Shown here piece by piece: positions 45,266-53,195 of a stretch of DNA of 64,000 bases. The DNA is from Clostridiales bacterium (GTDB lineage: Bacteria > Bacillota > Clostridia > Christensenellales > QALW01): the NCBI GenBank assembly GCA_015069575.1, contig SVIH01000002.1:75508-139507 (forward strand), read 5' to 3'. Position numbers and translations under genes: made by a program. Numbering within the stretch: the first letter of the stretch is position 1; the number at the start of each line of letters is the position of its first letter. The notes under the pieces are model-generated. The model did not search any database. It saw only the letters and a list, made by a program, of their open reading frames with translations, and was not told the DNA's origin.

Positions 45266-46066
45266 ATGTATATTTTTGATGCACATTGTGATTATTTATG
45301 GATGAAGGCTTTAGGTGAAGATAGTAACCTTGAAAATAATAATGGGAAAATCGAAAAAAGCATTTTTGCCGTGTTCGAAGGTGGCATCTCTGATGATGAA
45401 CTTATGAAAAAACAATTTGATGCTTTTAAAAAGGTTAAACCTGTTAAAAAAACATTTATGGCTTTTGAAGGGTTAAGTTGGGTTAAAAGCCTTTGGGACC
45501 TTGAAAAAATTTTTAAATATAATCCTGTGTATGTAGGCCCTGTATGGAACAATAAAAATGAGTTTGGTGGTAGTTGCTATAATGATGGCCCGTTAACTAT
45601 CTTCGGTAAATGTTTTTTAGAAGAACTTGATAATAAAGGCATTTTTATTGACCTTGCACATTCAGGTGAGGAAATGTTTGCCTCAAGCATTGATTCGTTT
45701 AAAAACGTGCTTTATAGCCACGGTAACGTATTTGAGGTTCAAACACATCCACGCAATATCAAAAAACACCAAATAAAAAAATTAATTAAAAGAAATTGCT
45801 TTATGGGGTTAACGCTGTATACAGGTTTTGTTGGCGCAAAATCAATACATAAACTTTTTGAACATATTGAGTATGTTCTTGATCTTGGTGGGGAAAATAT
45901 TTTAGGTTTCGGCAGTGATATTGATGGTTGCGAAAACCTTGTTGGAACAAAAACAGGCGCAGAAGTTTTTGACGAAATTATGGAAGAATTCCTAAAAAGA
46001 AACTATAAAACAGGGCTAATTAAAAAAATACTTCATTTAAATCTGGAAAAGTGCATACAAAAATGA
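45266..46066 (+). CDS. membrane-dipeptidase (peptidase M19) family protein
   Basis: FDAHCDYL, IDLAHSGE, SHGNVF..HPRN and GFGSDIDG match the M19 metal-ligand layout. GGGGTGA RBS before ATG 45266. Confidence 0.65.
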   Translation: MYIFDAHCDYLWMKALGEDSNLENNNGKIEKSIFAVFEGGISDDELMKKQFDAFKKVKPVKKTFMAFEGLSWVKSLWDLEKIFKYNPVYVGPVWNNKNEFGGSCYNDGPLTIFGKCFLEELDNKGIFIDLAHSGEEMFASSIDSFKNVLYSHGNVFEVQTHPRNIKKHQIKKLIKRNCFMGLTLYTGFVGAKSIHKLFEHIEYVLDLGGENILGFGSDIDGCENLVGTKTGAEVFDEIMEEFLKRNYKTGLIKKILHLNLEKCIQK

Positions 46067-46135
46067 AAAAAGTCGTTGACAAATTTCCGCTTTAATAATA
46101 TAATTAGTCTGCCTTTGATAAAGAAGGACCGATTT

Positions 46136-46209
46136 GCGGGTGTAGTTCAATGGTAGAATCTCAGCCTTCCAAGCTGATTGCGTGGGTTCGATTCCCATCA
46201 CCCGCTCCA
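46136..46209 (+). tRNA. tRNA-Gly (anticodon UCC)
   Basis: Cloverleaf by hand: acceptor gcgggtg/cacccgc, anticodon arm tcagc-cTTCCaa-gctga, T-loop ggttcgattcc, encoded CCA. Confidence 0.9.
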
Positions 46210-46236
46210 GCCTAATTCAAGGCATTGGTGTTATGC

Positions 46237-46313
46237 GCGCCAGTAGCTCAGTTGGATAGAGCAACGGCCTTCTAAGCCGTGTGTCGGGGGTTCGACTCCC
46301 TTCTGGCGCACCA
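46237..46313 (+). tRNA. tRNA-Arg (anticodon UCU)
   Basis: Acceptor gcgccag/ctggcgc, anticodon arm acggc-cTTCTaa-gccgt, T-loop ggttcgactcc, encoded CCA. Confidence 0.9.
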
Positions 46314-46326
46314 AACCCTTTTAAAT

Positions 46327-46404
46327 GGTGGGTATAGCGCAGTTGGTTAGCGCGCCAGATTGTGGCTCTGGAGGCCGAGGGTTCGACTCCCTCTACTCAC
46401 CCCA
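46327..46404 (+). tRNA. tRNA-His (anticodon GUG) with encoded G-1
   Basis: Extra 5' G opposite discriminator C, anticodon arm ccaga-tTGTGgc-tctgg, T-loop ggttcgactcc, CCA. Confidence 0.9.
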
Positions 46405-46414
46405 CATATTATAT

Positions 46415-46489
46415 TGGGGTGTAGCCAAGCGGTAAGGCAACGGATTTTGATTCCGTCATGCGCTGGTTCGAGCCCAGCCACCCCAGCCA
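46415..46489 (+). tRNA. tRNA-Gln (anticodon UUG)
   Basis: tggggtgtagccaagcggtaaggca start, anticodon arm acgga-tTTTGat-tccgt, CCA encoded. Confidence 0.9.
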
Positions 46490-46507
46490 ACAAAATTTAA
46501 TAAATAT

Positions 46508-46583
46508 GATTCATTAGCTCAGTCGGCAGAGCACCTGACTTTTAATCAGGGTGTCCCGGGTTCAAATCCCGGATGGATCACCA
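46508..46583 (+). tRNA. tRNA-Lys (anticodon UUU)
   Basis: Acceptor gattcat/atggatc, anticodon arm cctga-cTTTTaa-tcagg, T-loop ggttcaaatcc, CCA. Confidence 0.9.
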
Positions 46584-46587
46584 TAAC

Positions 46588-46663
46588 GGGAGCATAGCTC
46601 AGCTGGGAGAGCATCTGCCTTACAAGCAGAGGGTCACAGGTTCGAGCCCTGTTGTTCCCACCA
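46588..46663 (+). tRNA. tRNA-Val (anticodon UAC)
   Basis: Acceptor gggagca/tgttccc, anticodon arm tctgc-cTTACaa-gcaga, T-loop ggttcgagccc, CCA. Confidence 0.9.
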
Positions 46664-46667
46664 AAAA
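46653..46667 (+). repeat. direct repeat copy 1 (tgttcccaccaaaaa) = 3' end of tRNA-Val; candidate attL
   Basis: Exact 15-mer also present at 47898..47912. Confidence 0.5.
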
Positions 46668-46695
46668 TCCGTCGACTTTGTCGGCGGATTTTTTA
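46664..46695 (+). terminator. intrinsic terminator after the tRNA cluster
   Basis: atccgtcga / tcggcggat hairpin followed by tttttt. Confidence 0.65.
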
Positions 46696-46749
46696 TTCAA
46701 GCCGATAGGCTTGGTATATCATCACACTGAGACCCTGGTCCATCGACTG

Positions 46750-46775
46750 GCGGGGATTTTTCCCGCTTTTTATTT
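46750..46775 (+). terminator. second intrinsic terminator-like hairpin just upstream of the NERD gene
   Basis: gcggg (46750..46754) / cccgc (46762..46766) followed by tttttatttt. Confidence 0.5.
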
Positions 46776-46803
46776 TATCTAATTAATCAAGAGGGGGTAC
46801 TTT

Positions 46804-47811
46804 ATGCCTTTACAAGAAATATTCCAATCATTTTTATCATCTTTTTTTCAAACAATTCTCTTACTAATTAACCCCATAGTTTTGATTCCGGTTATTATTG
46901 TAATCGTTATTCTTGCAAAGAAAAACAAGGAATATAAAAACGGCGCATATTATCAAATTACAAAACTTCCTTATCTTTCTGTTAGAAATGACATAGGACG
47001 ATATGGTGAATATTATACCTATAAGCGTTTAAAGCATTTTGAATCTGAAGGCTCAAAATTTCTTTTTAACATTTACATTCCTAAAGATAATGACGAAACA
47101 ACAGAAATTGATGTTTTAATGATTTCACCCAAAGGTCTTTTTGTCTTTGAAAGTAAAAACTATAGCGGTTGGATTTTCGGCAGTGAGAACCAAATAAATT
47201 GGTATCAAACTCTCCCTGCTGGCAGAGGAAGAAGTCATAAGGAAAATTTCTATAATCCTATAATGCAAAACCGTTCACATATAAAACATTTAAAAGCATT
47301 TCTTGGTACTGATATTCCTGTTAGGTCAATCATTGTGTTTTCTGATAGATGCACCTTGAAAAATGTAAAAATCACAAGCAATGATATTAGCGTAATCAAT
47401 CGCTATAATGTAAACCCCGTAGTATCTGCTATTTGCAATCAATCTCAAGAAAATCTATTGAGTGCAGAAGAAATTTCGAATATATACAACAAACTTTATC
47501 CCTGTACCCAAACAGATGAAACTACGAAAGTTCAGCATATAACAAATATTCACTATAAGATAAATGCTACTCCAACGCAACAAGTTGATGTGCCTGAAGA
47601 TATAACGCAAACAAACAATGATGTAATCGAAAACCCGTCTACCGTTAGTCAAGAAACTGAAAACAAAGCAGAAGCAAGCCAAGAATTAAAATGCCCAAAG
47701 TGTGGTGCTAATTTAATTATTAGAGTCGCTACGAGAGGTGCTAATGCAGGTAAAAATTTCTATGGATGTTCCAACTATCCTAAATGCAGACATATAGAAA
47801 ATATAAAGTGA
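46804..47811 (+). CDS. NERD (nuclease-related domain) protein with N-terminal TM segment and C-terminal topoisomerase-type C4 zinc ribbon
   Basis: NERD-like core (GEYYTYKRL, EIDVLMISPKGLFVFESKNYSGWIFG). C-terminus CPKCGANLIIRVATRGANAGKNFYGCSNYPKCRH. Confidence 0.75.
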   Translation: MPLQEIFQSFLSSFFQTILLLINPIVLIPVIIVIVILAKKNKEYKNGAYYQITKLPYLSVRNDIGRYGEYYTYKRLKHFESEGSKFLFNIYIPKDNDETTEIDVLMISPKGLFVFESKNYSGWIFGSENQINWYQTLPAGRGRSHKENFYNPIMQNRSHIKHLKAFLGTDIPVRSIIVFSDRCTLKNVKITSNDISVINRYNVNPVVSAICNQSQENLLSAEEISNIYNKLYPCTQTDETTKVQHITNIHYKINATPTQQVDVPEDITQTNNDVIENPSTVSQETENKAEASQELKCPKCGANLIIRVATRGANAGKNFYGCSNYPKCRHIENIK

Positions 47812-47897
47812 TATTTCGACGAAATTCTAGATATGTACTGTTTATATATATGAAAAACCTTGTATCTATGCGGATTTACGCTTGATTACTATATCGC

Positions 47898-47912
47898 TGT
47901 TCCCACCAAAAA
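47898..47912 (+). repeat. direct repeat copy 2 (tgttcccaccaaaaa); candidate attR
   Basis: Exact copy of 46653..46667, in non-coding DNA just before a terminator. Confidence 0.5.
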
Positions 47913-47940
47913 AACCAAGAACAAAAGTTCTTGGTTTTTA
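47909..47940. terminator. bidirectional intrinsic terminator
   Basis: aaaaccaagaac / gttcttggtttt 12-bp stem with loop aaaa, abutting the stop of the minus-strand gene. Confidence 0.7.
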
Positions 47941-48471
47941 TTTTACACATAATCTACACGGTTTATAATCTCTAATAACAGCAACTTTTAATGTAATCTT
48001 GTTATTTTTATCAAGGCTTGATAATTTTACACAGTAATCGTCAAAATGATATGTCATTGAACTCTGTGAAACATAAACGGCACGGCTAAATTTTCTTTGT
48101 TCACTTTTTTGATGTTCAACTGATTTTATTACGAATAGGGATATAAATAAAAGTACAATAACTAATATTACACTAATTAATCGTTTTTTAAAGTTGTAAG
48201 TTATTGTTTTAGGCATATGTTTATATTTTTCAAGAATAATTGCCCTTTTTTCTTCTAACGCTTGTTTTGAGTTAGGATATGTGCTGTTCAAAAATCTTGA
48301 TAATTGTCTTTTATAATTTTCGTCAAGATCTTCATTGTTAAGCATATCAACGGAACTTTCCATCCGATCCCTTAAAGAACCTAATTTATTGTCAATTTCA
48401 TTTAGTTTATCAAGATCTCCACGGCAAACATAGTGATCTTTATATATGTATCGCTTTTCCTTGTTCAACAT
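47938..48471 (-). CDS. hypothetical membrane-anchored protein with C-terminal YH-x3-C ... PC-x2-C motif
   Basis: Coiled-coil-like N-half, one TM (LISVILVIVLLFISLFVI), C-terminal MTYHFDDYCVKL...DYKPCRLC. Confidence 0.55.
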   Translation of the reverse strand: MLNKEKRYIYKDHYVCRGDLDKLNEIDNKLGSLRDRMESSVDMLNNEDLDENYKRQLSRFLNSTYPNSKQALEEKRAIILEKYKHMPKTITYNFKKRLISVILVIVLLFISLFVIKSVEHQKSEQRKFSRAVYVSQSSMTYHFDDYCVKLSSLDKNNKITLKVAVIRDYKPCRLCVK

Positions 48472-48661
48472 TTTTTTACCTTTTAATATTAAATACTACA
48501 AAAATATTATATCATTATATTAAAAAAAGCGCAACATGTTGAACTCTATAACAAGTAGAGAATGTTGTTGTAAAAATAAAAAATTCTACGATTAATGTCT
48601 TGCATAAATAGGTTTACTTTTGGAATTTAAAAGTGTATAATCATTTTAAGAGGTGAAAAAA

Positions 48662-49879
48662 ATGGACGCAAAAATTACAGGAGAAAATATTGCAAGGCTT
48701 CGTAAAAAAGCGGGCTTTACACAGGCTGCTCTTGCCCAAAAACTTAATATAAGCGATAAAGCGGTAAGTCGTTGGGAAAACGGTATAGGATTTCCTGAAA
48801 TTACCCAGATACCTAGAATTGCAAGTATTTTAGGTGTAACAACTGATTACCTTTTAACCGGTGAACGCAAAGGCATTGCTGTTGCAGGGCATTTCACAAC
48901 AGATATAGTAAAAACTATTGAACAATTTCCTGAGGTTGGAATGCTTGCAAATATTGTTGATGTTACCCGTGCTGTTGGTGGATGTGTCCCAAATACCAGT
49001 ATAGATCTTGCTAAAATGGATAGAACATTACCTTTAACGGTTTTAGGCAAGATTGGTGATGATGATTATGGCAGATTCTTAACAACTCAATTTAGCCGTT
49101 ATGGAATAAATTGTGATAAAATAACATATTCAACAAAAAATCCCACAAGTTTTTCAGATGTTATGAGTCAACCTACAGGTGATCGCACAGTTTTTCATGC
49201 CCGTGGTGCAAACAAAGAGTTTTCGCCTGACGATATTGATATAAAATCTTTAAATGCAGTAATATTGCATATAGGATACATACTTTTACTTGATGAGTTT
49301 GATAAACCTGATGATGAATATGGCACCGTAATGGCAAGATTTTTGCACGAGGTTCAGTTAGCAGGAATAAAGACATCAATAGATGTTGTAAGCAGTAATA
49401 CTGCCGATTATAAGGCAACAATCATTCCTGCTTTAAAATATACCGATTATGCCATAATGAACGAGATTGAAAGCAGTATGTTAACCGATCTTAATCCTGT
49501 CAGGGAAGACGGAAATCCTCACATTGAAAACATTAAAAAAACAATGGAATATATGGCTTCATGCGGTGTAAGGGAAAAGGTAATAATTCACTGCAAAAAA
49601 GCAGGTTTCTGCTTAGATGTTAAAACAAATACATTCACATGTGTTCCATCATTAAAACTGCCTAAAGAATTAATTAAAGGCAGTGTAGGTGCAGGTGATG
49701 CTTACTGTGCAGGCTGTTTGTATGGTATTTATAATGATTATGACGATAAACATATGCTTGAATATGCTTCAGCCGCTGCAGCATGCACACTTTTTAGCGA
49801 AAATTCTATTGACGGTATGCTTCCCAAAGAGCAAATAGAAAAACTTGAAAAGCAGTACGATAGATTAGATTTAACATAA
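48662..49879 (+). CDS. XRE-type HTH domain fused to a PfkB (ribokinase-like) carbohydrate/nucleoside kinase domain
   Basis: N-terminus ENIARLRKKAGFTQAALAQKLNISDKAVSRWENG (Cro/C1 HTH). C-terminal kinase domain with GG dipeptide region AVGGCVPN and GAGDAYCAG signature. ATG 48662 preferred (AGAGGTGA RBS). Confidence 0.75.
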   Translation: MDAKITGENIARLRKKAGFTQAALAQKLNISDKAVSRWENGIGFPEITQIPRIASILGVTTDYLLTGERKGIAVAGHFTTDIVKTIEQFPEVGMLANIVDVTRAVGGCVPNTSIDLAKMDRTLPLTVLGKIGDDDYGRFLTTQFSRYGINCDKITYSTKNPTSFSDVMSQPTGDRTVFHARGANKEFSPDDIDIKSLNAVILHIGYILLLDEFDKPDDEYGTVMARFLHEVQLAGIKTSIDVVSSNTADYKATIIPALKYTDYAIMNEIESSMLTDLNPVREDGNPHIENIKKTMEYMASCGVREKVIIHCKKAGFCLDVKTNTFTCVPSLKLPKELIKGSVGAGDAYCAGCLYGIYNDYDDKHMLEYASAAAACTLFSENSIDGMLPKEQIEKLEKQYDRLDLT

Positions 49880-49884
49880 TAAAT

Positions 49885-49915
49885 AAAAGACCTTCTATAA
49901 AGAAGGTCTTTTTTC
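49885..49915. terminator. bidirectional intrinsic terminator
   Basis: agaccttct / agaaggtct with loop ataa, then tttttt. Overlaps the last codons of the convergent 197-aa ORF. Confidence 0.7.
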
Positions 49916-50488
49916 GTGGGGATAAAAATTAGTGGTTGTAAAGTTATTTTGATTAATAACGGTTCTTTCACTTATAGAATTGTATTTTAAGGTACAGGCG
50001 TCGTTTAAAGAAACAGGCATACAAGCAGTTATATAAGTAATAATAACACCGTCAACAAGTCCTATATAAGTGTTCTGACCGTTTTCAGAAAGATTATCAG
50101 CAAAATATGAATAATGCACGGTAATGTCAAATGGCCACACAGAATCATCAGGAAGGGTCATTCTTATGTTTATAGGAACTGCTAATTTTGACGGGGCTGT
50201 ACTTCGGGAGCCGGAAAAAATATAGGAAATTGTTCCCGGTAAATAGAGAGTACCTGTAACGGTAGCAAAACTGTCATTAATGTTAGGAATAACAGAAATA
50301 TTACTATCAGGAACTACTACTCCTGTTCCGCTAGAAAATAAAGGTGTTACGCCCGTTTGTGTAATGTTTGTTTCCACCAAAAATTCATCTCTGTCAAGAT
50401 CAATTCTTACATTATCAAAAATTCTTGTTGTAAGTATCTGAATACCATTATTGCAATCTGCAATACCTTGCGAAAAATTACATGTCAA
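49895..50488 (-). CDS. hypothetical protein, 197 aa, beta-rich, Cys pairs only at the N- and C-terminal ends
   Basis: TTG start 7 nt after GGGGGA. No signal peptide. Cys only at residues 3, 12, 155 and 164. Rich in T/S/N/V/I. Confidence 0.55.
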   Translation of the reverse strand: MTCNFSQGIADCNNGIQILTTRIFDNVRIDLDRDEFLVETNITQTGVTPLFSSGTGVVVPDSNISVIPNINDSFATVTGTLYLPGTISYIFSGSRSTAPSKLAVPINIRMTLPDDSVWPFDITVHYSYFADNLSENGQNTYIGLVDGVIITYITACMPVSLNDACTLKYNSISERTVINQNNFTTTNFYPHEKRPSL

Positions 50489-50489
50489 A

Positions 50490-50540
50490 ATAAAATCCCC
50501 CTTTTACTAACATATTATATGCAGTAAAAACGGGGGATAT
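50490..50540 (-). terminator. long hairpin/terminator between the 290-aa and 197-aa genes
   Basis: Plus strand atccccctttta ct (50495..50507) pairs with agtaaaaacgggggat (50523..50538). On the minus strand it is followed by ttttatttt. Confidence 0.5.
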
Positions 50541-50545
50541 TACTT

Positions 50546-51418
50546 TTATACAAAATCGTCTTCAATAACGGTTTTTTTCTTTTTTGCAGGAATAGTAGAA
50601 TAAACACCAAATATTGAAAGCACAAATGCTAACAGCATATTAAATAAACAATGTGCAGGGGTAAGTGACTGCATAATAAATTCGCTTGCGGTGTATATTT
50701 CTTGTTGCGAAAGGAAATAAATTAAGAAAACATAAATTGTTGAAATTAAAAGCACAAAAAATGATACGATAGTAGTACAGGTATATATATCTTTGCTTGA
50801 ATAATTTCTTTTAACCATAACTAAAGCAGGCAACCATCCAAGAATATATCCCACAGACCCTGCTATTTTAATTGCAAAAAGGGAAATTAAGCCGTAAATA
50901 ACAGCGATAACAGCGTAAATTGTAATGAGTATAAGTTGAGTTGAAAACCTGCTTAAAAAGCCTTGTATTCCGTTTTCATAGTGTGGAACATTAGGGCGCT
51001 CTTTCCGTAGCTTGATATTTTCAACAGGTTGTTCAACAGGCATAAATGCATACATGGTTTTATCAAATGCAATATTAAGTTCAGCATTGGAAAACTCAAT
51101 GGAAGCGCTTGATAAATAAGCCGAAAGCATTTTTGCAAATTGCAAAATATATTCCGGATCTTCTAAAATTGAAAGATTAAAAGTTATCTCAACACCATTT
51201 TTTACAAAATGAGATTTAACATAATGCAAAACACTTTCTTTAATGTAAGCGCTTATCATTTTTTTCTCATTACGGCTAACTTCAGGCAAATTAACATAAA
51301 TTATAGCAAATTCTGTTTTTTCGCAGATGGTATATAAAAAGCCATCTATATTCTTATATAAAAGTCCGTTTTCATCCTGTTGGAAACAAAGGGATGAGTT
51401 AAGTTCATTTAAATCCAT
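50546..51418 (-). CDS. hypothetical membrane protein (soluble N-domain of about 150 aa plus 4 TM)
   Basis: Long ORF with clear TM segments in the C-half. No motif recognised. Confidence 0.55.
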   Translation of the reverse strand: MDLNELNSSLCFQQDENGLLYKNIDGFLYTICEKTEFAIIYVNLPEVSRNEKKMISAYIKESVLHYVKSHFVKNGVEITFNLSILEDPEYILQFAKMLSAYLSSASIEFSNAELNIAFDKTMYAFMPVEQPVENIKLRKERPNVPHYENGIQGFLSRFSTQLILITIYAVIAVIYGLISLFAIKIAGSVGYILGWLPALVMVKRNYSSKDIYTCTTIVSFFVLLISTIYVFLIYFLSQQEIYTASEFIMQSLTPAHCLFNMLLAFVLSIFGVYSTIPAKKKKTVIEDDFV

Positions 51419-51515
51419 AAAAACCCCTTAAAAAGTTATATAAATAGTATAACACATATGGAAACAAAATACAATAAAAAAATATGCACCGACTTTTATC
51501 GGTGCATATAATTTA

Positions 51516-52556
51516 TTAATCCATATTTTTAAGTAATTCTTCGATTTTAGGTTTAAGTGCCTCTTCTTCTTCCTTAAATATGATATCATAGAATTTAAGT
51601 AATAAAGGAGCATTCCATGCGATACCTGTCATAAATGAATTACCGCCGATTGCCTGAATAGCCTGAACGCTTGTTGTTTCACCGTCATTATAACTGTCAA
51701 ACACAAGTGTAAGCAATTTAACTGCATTTTGAATACCTTTTTCAAAAAGTTCATCAACGCTGTCAGTGTAAGTATAACGTGTATCCCAAGGTGCAAGCCA
51801 CTGGGTGTGATTTTCATTCATAAAATCAATGTTATCTTCAAAGCCTTCATAAACAGTTTTTGTAAAGAAGCCCGGTGTAAATTCTTTTGAGAACTTTTCA
51901 AAAACCGCAGTAATAGGTTTCATAATACCGGGTTTAATGCGGGTTTTCATTTTTTCGTTCATATCCTGATATGATTTGATAACATCTTCACGGGAAATAT
52001 CTTTACCGTAAATAGTTTTGATGTTAACAGGATACATACGGCATATTTCAAGTAATTCGGCATAAGTAACCCAGAACATATCATCAATGTTTATATCTTT
52101 AGGTTCTTTGTTCATATGCTTTTTAAGCATAATCTGGTCAATAGCGTTATTAATACGCTTGCGATAAATACCAAATCTTTCAGGCATAGGTGTATTAGGT
52201 GTTATAAAACCTGAACGATAAAGAATATATGGGTTTACAGCGCAGTCAACAGCATAGTGAACAAGATAACCGTAAAAATAAGGAACAATAATATCTTTAT
52301 CAGCATCTTCCTGTTTATCAATATATCTGTAAATAAGATTCATCCATTCGTCAACAGAACGCTCATGAAGCATCATTGCCATACGGTGAATACTTACATC
52401 AGATTTTAACGGTGCGCCAAAATAATTAAAAAAGTCCGATCCTTGAAGACCTAAATCATAAACGCTTTTGCGTTTTAAAATAACATCTTTAATATTTTGG
52501 GGAAGTTGTTCTAAAACTTTCTGACCCGCTATGTAATGTGTAAAAAATCCTGGCAT
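51516..52556 (-). CDS. zinc-dependent phospholipase C-like family protein
   Basis: N-terminus MPGFFTHYIAG and HYAVDCAVNPYI resemble the Zn_dep_PLPC-type H/D ligand pattern. Recall-based. Confidence 0.5.
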   Translation of the reverse strand: MPGFFTHYIAGQKVLEQLPQNIKDVILKRKSVYDLGLQGSDFFNYFGAPLKSDVSIHRMAMMLHERSVDEWMNLIYRYIDKQEDADKDIIVPYFYGYLVHYAVDCAVNPYILYRSGFITPNTPMPERFGIYRKRINNAIDQIMLKKHMNKEPKDINIDDMFWVTYAELLEICRMYPVNIKTIYGKDISREDVIKSYQDMNEKMKTRIKPGIMKPITAVFEKFSKEFTPGFFTKTVYEGFEDNIDFMNENHTQWLAPWDTRYTYTDSVDELFEKGIQNAVKLLTLVFDSYNDGETTSVQAIQAIGGNSFMTGIAWNAPLLLKFYDIIFKEEEEALKPKIEELLKNMD

Positions 52557-52673
52557 ACTTGTGTACACTCCTAACAGTTATATTATCTTACAATGTATTA
52601 TAATACATTTTTCTTTATTTGAACAGTAGTAATTTAAAAAATTATGCACAAATTTTAAGGTTAAGTTGCATAT

Positions 52674-53183
52674 TTAATCTAAAATTACGTTATATCGGCG
52701 CATATATGTATTATCTTTTTTAGAAAAAAGCACTTCAACAAGAACTCCGCCGTTTTTTTCAATTATCCTTTGGCTGCCGGTATTATCATCTCTGCAAGTA
52801 ATAATAAGGTCCTTAAAGCCAATTTTCTTTGCTTCTTCAAGCAACAGTTTACATATAAGGGTTCCGTAACCGCACTTTCTTTTTGAAGGTAAAACCCCAT
52901 AACCAATTTGACCTTGAAATAAAACAGTTGCTTTGGTTTTTTTATGCCTTAAATCCCCTTGAGCATATATTCTACCATCATCATCAACAAGAAAATATCT
53001 GGTGTAAGGTGAAACACCTAACCCTAATCCGATTCCCTGGGAATGTTTAATACACGACCGCACAAAATAGGGAAACATACTTGCATCGGTCATTCCTAAA
53101 AACGGAGTACCTGCTACAATATAGTCATCAAGCATATCTTCAAAAGCCGCCAATGACAGCATATTAGCAGTTACAAGACGCAT
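52674..53183 (-). CDS. GNAT family N-acetyltransferase
   Basis: Acetyl-CoA binding region RKCGYGTLICKLLLEEAKKIGF and C-terminal NTGSQRIIEKNGG. Confidence 0.75.
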   Translation of the reverse strand: MRLVTANMLSLAAFEDMLDDYIVAGTPFLGMTDASMFPYFVRSCIKHSQGIGLGLGVSPYTRYFLVDDDGRIYAQGDLRHKKTKATVLFQGQIGYGVLPSKRKCGYGTLICKLLLEEAKKIGFKDLIITCRDDNTGSQRIIEKNGGVLVEVLFSKKDNTYMRRYNVILD

Positions 53184-53195
53184 ATTTTCACATCC

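Larger units (their letters stand above)
46664..47912 (+). mobile_element. possible integrated islet or remnant at tRNA-Val carrying only a NERD gene (no integrase)
   Basis: Bounded by the 15-bp direct repeat of the tRNA 3' end. Its cargo looks more AT-rich to the eye than core genes. Confidence 0.35.

Noticed and set aside
46573-46782. 69-aa plus-strand ORF across the tRNA cluster.
   Set aside because: It reads straight through tRNA-Lys and tRNA-Val and both terminators, so it is an artefact of ORF calling.
50369-50384. Near-copy (15/16) of the tRNA-Val att core, tgtttccaccaaaaat, inside the 197-aa ORF.
   Set aside because: It lies within an intact coding frame, has a mismatch in the core, and no matching structural boundary is visible. 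It could be an old secondary att, but the evidence is too thin to call.
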